43,932 nucleotides of DNA, from NCBI GenBank assembly GCA_000697335.1, contig JNEM01013818.1, forward strand, positions 1-43,932, written 5' to 3'. The notes under the pieces are model-generated. The model did no database searches. It was not told where the DNA came from and saw nothing but the letters and a program-made list of their open reading frames with translations. The translations under genes and the position numbers were made by a program. This stretch comes from Conidiobolus incongruus B7586 (Eukaryota). Positions 27,949 to 38,401 of the stretch are shown in pieces. Every line of letters begins with the position of its first letter. Within the stretch, counting starts at the first letter, position 1.

Positions 27949-29266
27949 TTACTCTGAATTTTTAATAATGGGAATTTTTTGCAATTAAAAATAAATAAAC
28001 ATTTGAATATATGATATATAAAAATAAATATATAATATAAATTTAATAGTTTCTTTTATTATTAATAACTTTTTGCTATACTTTTAACAAAGATCTAATA
28101 TCTAAAAAACAGTTCTTTTTATTAAAAACTGAAATTTGATGTTTTATAAACCAATTAAATTTTCTTGCAAAAATTTTCTTTCTTATAAGCTGGTTTTTTA
28201 ATTGCCTAAAGTAATTATAATCACATAGGTTATAATCAAAGGAATATACTAGATGTGGTAGTTTTTTCTAGTTATTTTTAATTAGAAAGTTTTTTACAGT
28301 TTTAAATTTATGTATTTTGTAATTATCATGCAAAATAATAAGTTTTTTCAAATTATATTGAGAACACCAATTAAAAATACTTTTATTTAAAAAAACAATA
28401 TATAATATATTATTAATTGATTTTTTTTTAAGAATTAAATAAGAATAACATATACTATTATAATTTATTATAATAATTAACATTCACTTATTAACAAAAT
28501 GTTTATTTAAAGGGATTTATAGAAGGGGTTAATTTAATTTAATCTAGCATTTTGATTTGTGTTTTAATAAAGGATTATATATAAAAATCTAAGATTCATC
28601 AATTGTAATTATTTGCTGTAAAAGTTTAAGCTTCTAGTAATATTTTAATAAGTTTTATTTAACAATAGCTACTCTAGTTTTTTTTTAAGCTTTAGTTAAA
28701 TTATAAAGTATCTATTTTATATTTTTATTTATTAATTTTAGTTTAAACTTTAAAATATATAAAATACTTATAAAACTAATATTAAAGTACTTAGATAATT
28801 CTCTAGCTGAAATAAAAAGGTGCTTTTTAATATATTTTTTCACTCTATTTACAATTAAAAAAGTAATAGTTAAAGTTAGTTTTTTAGATTTTAACAGATT
28901 TTAAATAGTTTCTCTTTTAGTTTTAAAGTAATTTACCTAGCAATAAATTGTTAATTTAGATAATACTTTATTATTAAAAGTTGCTTGTAAATTTTAAATA
29001 ATTTTAGAGGGTTTATAGTTAAGTTTTACTAATACTAAAATAAAAAACTTTTGATAATTACTATTTAGTTTAAACATAATTAAATTAAACAACCAATTTT
29101 AAAAAGTTAATTTTTTAATTAAAAAAACTAATATATATATATATATATATATATTAAAAATATATAATTTCCTATTAACTTTATATATATTTATTTATTT
29201 CAAACTAATAATATATTTGAAAAATCAGAAATTAAAAAATTTCCTATTATTTTAAATTCAAGGTAA
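27949..29266 (-). mobile_element. Mariner DD34D transposon, best-preserved copy 2 (1318 bp)
   Basis: ~33-bp imperfect TIRs (TTACTCTGAATTTTTAATAATGGGAATTTTTT), TA on both flanks. Minus-strand relic motifs K*ILYNLT (WVPHEL), IITIDES*I, ILHDN and LPHLVYSFDYNLCD (HPPYSPDLAPSD). 34 residues lie between the second and third Asp. Confidence 0.95.
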
Positions 29267-29429
29267 TAAATAAAAAATTAAATCCTATAAACTATTAATG
29301 TTTATAAGGTTAAAATAGTACATAAACTCTAGATTATATTGTTTTAATAAAATTTTTATAATGAAAAAATTTAGTATAAACTTCAGGAATATCAAAACTA
29401 CTATATGAAGAACTAAAAATATTAAGTCT

Positions 29430-31150
29430 AATTAAAACAGCCTGCTTGTTATTCACCTTGACAAGCATTCTAATGTCTTATACCAGTGCCAAGCTGCTAT
29501 TTGTGCAAATATTCATGAGATTGGAAATATTTCTGTTGATGTATGTTGAAGTTTAGAATATTCAATTAGAGGATTTGTAATTTGATTGCTCTAAAGTAGT
29601 TGCTATTCATTAGGTTATATCCCAACCCAATGAATCAGTATCACTTCAGAAAAAAAGTAATGGTAAATTTTTATTTTCTGATTCTTCAAACATATTATTA
29701 GTTTTATATTTTATATTTTATATAAATTAAATGAGTGAATATATTGTTTTAAGCTGATTATATATACATTCATATAAAATAATTTGAAATTTTTTTATTC
29801 TAATATAATTAAAACTTAACCAAAAACCTTTTAAAATCATTTAAAATATATCAACAGCTTATAAAGATAATGTTTCATTTAAAACTATTAAATATTGCTA
29901 GATTTACTATTTAAAATTTAATAAAATCTAGAAAGCTAATTTTTATAATTACTCTTTCAATAATTGATAAACAAAATATATTAAAAAGCACCCTTTTAAT
30001 TTAATTAAATAGTTATTAAAATATTAAAATTAATTATACAAGTATGATATATATTAAAGCTTAAACTTGGTTAATTAATGATATTATTGAATAAGTATTT
30101 TATTATTTAACAAAAGTTTAGAAAAATATTAGAATATTTATAGCTAAATAAATAAAATTTAATAAAAAACTTAAACTTTTATATTAAATTATTATTTTAA
30201 TAAATTATAAATGTTTTATATAATATTCTATTAAAAATTAAATCAGAATATTAAGTTAAAATAATCTTTCTAAATTTTAAAAAACTATTATTTTATTTAT
30301 AAACAAATATAAAATATTTTATATAAATATTATAATATATATTTTTATTTTGTTCTTGAGAGAAAATTAAACAATAACAAGTTTTATATTTCGTTAAAAT
30401 AATTTTTAAATAGCATTCTTATTCTAATTTAAGAATATTCATTATTTTACATAATAGTTGAAAAATACATAAATTTACATTTATAATAGATATTTTATAT
30501 AAAAATTAATTAAAGCAGCTATTATATTTAGTATATTTACTAGATTACAACTTATGCAACTTTAATTAAAATTATTTTAGATTATTAAAAATATGCTGAT
30601 AAAGAAAATTTTCATATATAAATTTAATTAATTTATAAAATCTCAAATTTTAATCTTTAATAAAGGAATTGTTTTATATGTGTTAAAAGCTTTCCAAAAG
30701 TATGGCAAAAAGTTATCAATAATAAAAAAGAGCATATGCTTTATTTTATGTATTTCATATTAGAATTTATTTTTATTTTTAATTTTAAAAATGTATTATT
30801 ATTTAATTTCTAGAGTAATACTTACATTTCTGAATTTAGCTTTTAATTCAAATAAAATCAAATTGAAAATATCCAAGTCCAATTGTCATTATTTGGAAAA
30901 ATATTAATCAACATTATATCATGAAAAGTTTTGTCACAAGTTATCTGAAACATGGGATGCAATACCTGCTCCTCAACAAAATAAACAATCTCATTGTTAT
31001 TAGGTTTCAAAGTTCTCTTATCTTAATTCAGACTGTCACCAATGCCACTCAAAAATCGTCTTTATTTGGAATATTACAATCAGCAGCTAACAAAATCTAT
31101 TCTTCAGGAATTCTTACCCCAGTGAAATGTTGATTACTTTGATAAAATAA
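29430..31150 (+). pseudogene. Unknown gene remnant interrupted by mariner copy 3
   Basis: Removing 29641-30820 restores one frame VISQPNESV|LTFLNLAF..Y*STLYHEKFCHKLSETWDAIPAP.. with scattered TAA/TAG. An upstream GTATGT..TAG intron is present. Confidence 0.4.
29641..30818 (+). mobile_element. Mariner transposon, more divergent copy 3, inverted relative to copy 2 (~1.18 kb)
   Basis: Colinear with the reverse complement of copy 2 (TTTCTGATTCTTCAAACATATTATTAG; TATTAAAAAGCACC; YLLDYNLCN relic of YSPDYNPCD). Ends AGAGTAA|TA, with TA at 29639-40. Confidence 0.85.
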
Positions 31151-31739
31151 ACTTAGAACAGTTATATGATCGGGATTTTCTACAGGACTTCTTCCCATCG
31201 CCTCAACGCTTGCAGAAATAGTTAAATGGTCAATGAAAATAATAATATTCCCTTCAGCATTTTTATCAACAATAATTTACCAATAATAATTACAACAATC
31301 TACTTTTTATACTATTTTTAAACTCAGCTAATATTATAGTATCAATAATTGATTTAATCAAATACTGGCAAAAAAATTGAGCACTTTCATGTTTTTAAAG
31401 CTCTGAAATTATTAATATAAACTCAATTTAGCCAAATATCTGTCAATTTTAAAATTTTCAAATTATATAATGATAATTAAATCATAATATTTTAATTGAA
31501 GTACCAAAATTAATTTAGTATATATTAGTTATGTCAATTTAAGCCAAAATTATTAACCTAATTCAATCTAATTAATAGTAATCATAATAATATGAGTATT
31601 GTGAATTAAATCAATTATAGACATTTAATAAACTATTAATTATTCATTTACAATAATATAATTAGAAAAATTATTCAAAATATAATATTAATATGTAAAA
31701 CTAAGTTATTGAATTAATTAGTAAGTTAGTTATATTAAA

Positions 31740-33257
31740 TTAGTGTTTAACGGTTACAATGCGGCATTTAGGAGGAAGAGGAGGATTACTGGAGGAGCTA
31801 ACGGGAGAGGAAGTATTTGGTACAACATAAGGTCCAGTAGGGATTGCTGTAGGGCCAGGGGTACTGGATTCTGAAACAAGGTAAGGACCAGTGCTGATCT
31901 TTGTAGTAGATGAGATGTTGGATGATCCTGAAGGTGGTACATTGGAGATGATGGTAATTGACAGGTGATGACTAGTAGGAGATGGTGTAGTTGATGAGAT
32001 GGTAGATGATCCTGAAGGAACTACACCTGAAACAGTGGTGGATGATTGAGGATAGCCATTAGAAGACAAGGCGGTTGATGAAACAATAGTTGATGTGCCT
32101 GATGGCACTACATGTGGAGTAGAGGTTGATGATTGGGGATAACTAGCAGAAGATTTGGTCGTTGGAGCAATGCTTAATGAACTTGATGGGATCAAACTCG
32201 ATATAATGCTAGACTTGCTAGTGGTGGATGATTGGGGATAACCTGTTATAGAAGAGCTAGTGGTAGACTTCTTAGTTGATGGATAAATAGAATTTGATGT
32301 AGTAGTAGGTGATGAAATTTGCGCTAGAGTTGTGGTAGAAATATTTGTAGTTGTAGAAGTCAACGTAGTGAAATGGCTAGGAGATTGGTTACTAGTTGTA
32401 ACAGTGGTAGTGGTAGTAGTAGAAGTAGTAGTAATTGTAGTGGTCACAGCAACTGAAGGATTTTTACTAATAATATCATTAATAAAATCCCTATATAGTG
32501 CGACTTTAGTATAGACCGACGGTAGATCTTTAGTTCCACATCTGGTGCCAAAGCTTACAGTACCAATCAAATAGACGTCATTAGGACTTTGGTGATAAAA
32601 GAGTGGGCCTCCAGAATCTCCCATACAAGGATTCTTCAATCTAGAACCAGCGCAGAGCTGCTTGTCTTTCAAAACTTCACCGGAGCCCAGCCATCTCTTA
32701 TAGCATTCTTGGAAGTTAGCAACCTTAAGATCAGCCTTCTGCAATTGAACAGCTTTTTTGGAATCGACACTGGTGATACCATATCCCATAGCTAGAGCTT
32801 CTGTACCTTCCTTACTAAAGGTACCATCATCCAATTTGACTGCAGAAGGGTTGAATGGGACTGTTCTGCCAGGATCCTGAGGTTTAATCTTAATTAACAA
32901 AATATCATCATAATTGGGATTCTTAGAATCGAAGCCAGGGTGAGCTATCTGATCCTCCGCTACATAAATAATTTCATTATTCTTGTCTGACAAAGTACTT
33001 GTATCTTTGGTGCCACTATTAGCGAATACTATCTTCAAATCGCCTTGATTAGTCGCCTTACAGTGAGCAGCAGTCAATATAAAGTTCTCTGCAATTCTGG
33101 TGCCTGTACAATCCTGTTTGCCGTTGGTGAATATATTGGCTACATAGTTATAGTCATCAGGGTTTTGAACGTCAGTACCTCCAATAATTTCTGGAGCCGC
33201 TGCTACCATTTTGAAGGTAGTCAAAGCAATCACTAATGACTGAATGATTGGATTCAT
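31740..33257 (-). CDS. Secreted S1A (trypsin-fold) serine protease with a long Ser/Thr-rich tail
   Basis: Signal peptide, IIGG mature N-terminus, LTAAHC, DDILL, GDSGGP. About 235 aa of S/T/P-rich tail. Intronless. Confidence 0.95.
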   Translation of the reverse strand: MNPIIQSLVIALTTFKMVAAAPEIIGGTDVQNPDDYNYVANIFTNGKQDCTGTRIAENFILTAAHCKATNQGDLKIVFANSGTKDTSTLSDKNNEIIYVAEDQIAHPGFDSKNPNYDDILLIKIKPQDPGRTVPFNPSAVKLDDGTFSKEGTEALAMGYGITSVDSKKAVQLQKADLKVANFQECYKRWLGSGEVLKDKQLCAGSRLKNPCMGDSGGPLFYHQSPNDVYLIGTVSFGTRCGTKDLPSVYTKVALYRDFINDIISKNPSVAVTTTITTTSTTTTTTVTTSNQSPSHFTTLTSTTTNISTTTLAQISSPTTTSNSIYPSTKKSTTSSSITGYPQSSTTSKSSIISSLIPSSSLSIAPTTKSSASYPQSSTSTPHVVPSGTSTIVSSTALSSNGYPQSSTTVSGVVPSGSSTISSTTPSPTSHHLSITIISNVPPSGSSNISSTTKISTGPYLVSESSTPGPTAIPTGPYVVPNTSSPVSSSSNPPLPPKCRIVTVKH

Positions 33258-34509
33258 ATAAGTTAATTGACTAACTTTAATACAAAAAAGTTATAAATGA
33301 TATTAAATTAAATGTCTAGTTAATATAAATGAATCTTCAATTATAATTGAAGACCAACTAAAATTAAATTAAATTAAAATATAAACCGGATTACAGGGTA
33401 TTAAATAGGTTGATAACGAATGTATAATTATCAAGTAATAGATCACACAAACCTCTCAATTGTAATACTCGAGACTTCAACCTTATTTAAACCCATGAAT
33501 AAAAATTTTGATACCGCTAAAATTAACGCCATTGGCATGAATACATTATCAATCCAATGAAAATACTCGTCTTGTGCATTCAATGAATGTAAAAATTGAT
33601 TTATTTTATGCAGCTAGCTATTTTTTGCAAATTAAAGTACCAGTAAAAACCTAGTAATATGATGTTTTATCATCTATCAACTAATACTTTATTTTGAAAA
33701 TTAACATTATATATCGAATAGATAAAGTTGTATATTTTCTTAGTAAGTATTTATTATCATAAACTACATACAATAGTAACAAACCAATCTCTATACTTTT
33801 AATATATCGCATTAATCACAATAAAAGGAATCTGCTAATCTCCACATTATGACTCATAGTTTATATCCTTGAAATACTATGCTTGATATAAAACTTTTAA
33901 ATTAAGTTGCAATCCATCTAATAAAAGTTTAATAATGTATATTGATTAGTTTCAATAAAAAAAATGCTATTATGACTCGACAATTGATTTCTGTTTAATA
34001 TTTTTAAAATTATTATGTATCATACTATAGATAATTAGGATAACATTAAAGTGAATTGTTTTTAACATTCCTAATCACAAATAAACAGAAAATAAAATAA
34101 TATTTATTTTTATCATATTTTACAATTGATAGATATGATATAATAGTTTGAATATCAAGTACATCAGTATCTAGAACTTGGCAACAAATTAATCGTTAAC
34201 TGAATATTTCAATTAGATCATTAAAGATGCCTGAGTAATTACCAATTTCTATGAAATGCAAAGCACTAAAATATACAAGTTTATTAGTACTTGTGAAAAT
34301 TTCATCAAGTAGTCTTTTTTCTAAGCCATGATTTAATGAATACAAATAAAATGTAAAAGTGATATTATATGGGTATGATTTAATGCAAATTAATTTTGTT
34401 TACAAACATTTTTAAAAAATATTTGAAAAATTTTTATTCTAGATCCTTAGAGAATTATTGATCTTTGAATGATTTTTGCTTATTTTGAATATATAAATAT
34501 AATTTTTCA

Positions 34510-34625
34510 ATTGAATTATATTATTATACAGGCATATTGAATTATATTATTATACAGGCATATTGAATTATATTATTATACAGGCATATTGAATTATATT
34601 ATTATACAGGCATATTGAATTATAT
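34510..34625. repeat. Perfect 26-bp tandem minisatellite, ~4.5 copies
   Basis: Unit ATTGAATTATATTATTATACAGGCAT repeated head to tail with no spacers. Confidence 0.95.
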
Positions 34626-36030
34626 AATTATATATTTATATATTTACATAAATGTTTAAAGTAATTGATCATTAGATAATATATTAAATCCCACTAATAA
34701 TAAAATATTTTAATATATATACCACTTAATATTAGTATTATAATCTGAAATAAACTGGAATTATAGTAATATATGTAACATTTCTATTCATAAAAGTGCT
34801 TGCAATATTAAAGTTTATTTGAAATTAACATATTTAATTTCCCAGTTCACAATTTATCAGAAACTCGAAGTTTTTATCTACATATTTGAATTGGTGAAAA
34901 AGATGATAACATCAATAATAAAGACCAATATTTTTGATTATTATTCCTCTCAAATTTATAATATTTCGATTGTAATTTCAATGCTATTTGATGTTTATAT
35001 CAATTTGATTACCATATTATGTTTACATTAGCTTATATCTGATATTACAAGCGAATAATGAATGTCAACTAGAACTAATAAAGGTTCATATAGATATTTA
35101 TAAGACTTTGATATATATAGTGAGTTGAATAATTATTAAATAATGTAAAATTAATGATATATAATAGCTTCGATATAATCAATGATGTTTATAAATATAT
35201 TAATTTGCGAAATGTACTCAAAAAATTCTCATATTCCAAAGATCACATGATGATAAGTAATTAAAAGTATAAATATGATTATTCTATATATTTTCTTAAA
35301 AAGGTGTAAACATAATATATGGTCCAGTTAATATTTATATAGTTTTTCAAATACTAGACAATAATATTTGAAATAAAATGATTTCGAAAAATATTAATTC
35401 CAAATCCAGAGATAGGTATATAGAGATATATGACTGAAATAAATTTCATTAATATAAATCTTAAAATATGTTGTATAATATGTAATGAATTTAATGTGAT
35501 CTAATATCTAACTTATAAATTAACATTTTAATATATGATGATATAAACTATAGATAAATTTAAAGATATGATATATCGAATTAAATTATTTTTCAATTCG
35601 ATCCATTTTAAATTAATTACAAGTTCAAATCAAATGGTTTTCCAGATATTTTGATGATAAATATCAGTTATTGAAATATTGAAATATATAATATATTATT
35701 ATAAGATTAATAATATATTATATAAATAAATAATTCCAACTTAAAATTTGTAATAATCCATTAATAAATAAATGATAAATCATATATCATATATCATTCT
35801 AGTATAATATTTTATTGATTAAACAAGTTATCAGATATACTAAATAATTTGAAAGTAAATGAAATCAGATAAGAAAATCCAATAATATTATCCCATAAGA
35901 AATGGATTGAAATGAATGTTCAAAATTTGAATTTGAGTGATGTTTCTAAAAATTAACAACATAGCACTTTGCTTAAAAATATTAAATTTAATCAATTTAT
36001 TTTTACTATCAAAGTCAGATATTTTCCAAT

Positions 36031-37565
36031 ATGTTAGGTTTACTCCGTACTAATGTTAAATCAGCTTCCTTATTAAAGGTAATACTTTAAATGTTCTATT
36101 TTATTCGTAAAAAATATATTATCAATTGAACAAGATCAAATTTCATTAAAATAACATTCAATGTGTATTTTATAGCATCTGTTCTTAGAATTTTTAAAGT
36201 TATGAAAAATATTTCATTTCAGGAATAAATTTTAATACAAGCAGTTTTCATCAAACTTTATATGAGAAAAAATTACTCTTTTAAACCATATATAAAAGAT
36301 TAGCTAATATAATTTTCAAAACAATTCATCTAACTCTGAATTCTTATATTAGGGTGCTTTGGCCCGTCAAATGGGAACTGTTGCTTCTCGTGATGCCCTT
36401 CCCTTCACTTCTGTAAGCTAAAATACCTACCTATATATAAATATTGAAATTTAACTCAACAAACCGTATTTATAGTCTTTCGATGGAAACAAGATTGGTG
36501 GAAAATACACTGTTACTTTGATTCCTGGTGACGGTATTGGTCAAGAAATTACCAACTCTGTCAAAACTGTCTTTGAAGCCCTCAAAGTACCCGTTAACTG
36601 GGAACAATTCGATGTTTCTGGTTTCACCCCTGAATCCGATTCCTTATTCAAGCAAAGTATGGAATCCCTTAGACGTAACAAAGTTGGTTTGAAGGGTAAT
36701 AGCATATATTTTAATTTGCTAAATGTAAAATCTAAATTTATATATTTTGTTTTTAGGTATTCTCTACACTCCAGTCTCTCACTTAGATCATGCTTCCTTC
36801 AATGTCACCCTCCGTAAGGATTTAGACATTTTCGCTTCTATTTCCGTTGCTCGTAACTTCCCTGGTTCCCAACCCCGCCATGACAACATTGACCTCGCCA
36901 TCATCCGTGAAAACACTGAAGGTGAATACTCTGGTCTCGAACACCAATCCTATCCCGGTGTCGTTGAATCCCTCAAAGTCATCACCAAAGAAAAGTCTGA
37001 ACGTATTGCTCGTTTCGCTTTCGACTACGCCCTCCAAAACGGTCGCAAGAAGGTCACCTGTATCCACAAGGCCAACATTATGAAGCTCGCTGATGGTCTC
37101 TTCTTGAATTCCTGCCGTCGTGTCGCTGAAGAATACAAATCCAGCGGTATTACTTTCTCTGATATGATCGTCGATAACGCTGCTATGCAAATGGTCTCCA
37201 AGCCCCAACAATTCGATGTCATCATCACCCCCAACTTGTACGGTAACATTTTAGGAAACGTCGCCGCTGCCCTCGTCGGTGGTCCTGGTGTCATCCCTGG
37301 TTCCAACTTGGGTCGCGAATACGCCATCTTCGAACCTGGTTGTCGTCATGTTGGTGCTGATATCCAAGGTAAGAACAAGGCCAACCCCACCGCCATGCTC
37401 CTCTCCTCCGTCATGCTTCTCCGTCACCTCCATCTTGACGCCTATGCCGATAAGCTCAGCCATGCTGTCTTCAGCACCATCCAACATGGTCAAGTCAGAA
37501 CTCCTGATATGGGCGGTAATCACACCACCACTGATTTCACCAATGCCGTCATTGCCAACCTCTAA
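36031..37565 (+). CDS. IDH1: Mitochondrial NAD-dependent isocitrate dehydrogenase regulatory subunit 1, 4 exons
   Basis: Exons 36031-36078, 36353-36412, 36476-36695 and 36757-37565. Presequence MLGLLRTNVKS, IPGDGIG, RENTEGEYSG, HKANIMK. PNLYGNILGN has Asn in place of the Asp residues of catalytic IDH2. Confidence 0.95.
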
Positions 37566-38401
37566 GATGTCGCTTTTGAAGAATAAATATAACATAATGT
37601 TTTTATAGAAACCCAAAAATACAGCAAACCTTTCATATAATTGTTTGTTATAAATATAGTATTGATATTGATCAGTATTATTATACTCTATGATATACTA
37701 TATATTATGAAAATTACATAATTCTCCAATATTATTCTTTTACATCTTTTGAATGTAAATTGATGCAATCAATTAAAGAATCGCTAATATTTTAATTGTT
37801 AATCAGGAGTAGATAATTTATTAATCTAAATTTTAGAAATTGACAAATTAGTTTATGATAATCAAAATACTTTTCATATTTTTAAAAATTAGATAGAATT
37901 TTACTAATAGATAAAAATTATACGTAGAAATAATCATTAATAATCCTGATCCTATCCATCTTTTTTAATATACGAATAATATGAATAATATTTAACCTAA
38001 TTATAAAAATATATTTAAAAATTAAATTTAAAAATGATTTGCTCAAAGATGAGAATGTTAAATGTTTTTTATACATAAATCAATTTATATTCAAGTTTTT
38101 ATCTTAAAGCATCAATGTTAATAGGCTATAAAAATATCTTGATAGAAAAAAAATTGAGTAATTTTTAAAATATGTCCTTTTTGATTTCAATAATATTAAT
38201 GATAGAATCAATTCTATCAATTTTGAAAAATTAATATTTTAGTTATTTTAATGAAAAAATATAAAATATAATTTAACAATAATATTTATTTCAATAAAAT
38301 CATTCATTTAAAGTATACTTAATAATAAATTAATATTTATTCAAAGTAATATCCTCAAAATATAATTTGATTAGTTATATAATTCATTATTACCATGTTC
38401 T

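Noticed and set aside
27640..31150. Stop-codon reassignment explaining in-frame TAA/TAG
   Set aside because: Intact conserved genes in the window end in TAA/TAG and have no internal stops.
34510..34625. CRISPR-like array
   Set aside because: Units are directly adjacent with no spacers, there are no cas genes, and the context is eukaryotic.
36079..36352. Intronic box C/D snoRNA in IDH1 intron 1
   Set aside because: A CTGA is present but there is no RTGATGA box C or terminal stem.
36822..37616. Antisense and alternate-frame ORFs over IDH1 (similar ones over FRS1, HOM3, pseudo-ICL and the proteases)
   Set aside because: They are shadow ORFs caused by codon bias of the real genes and contain no motifs.
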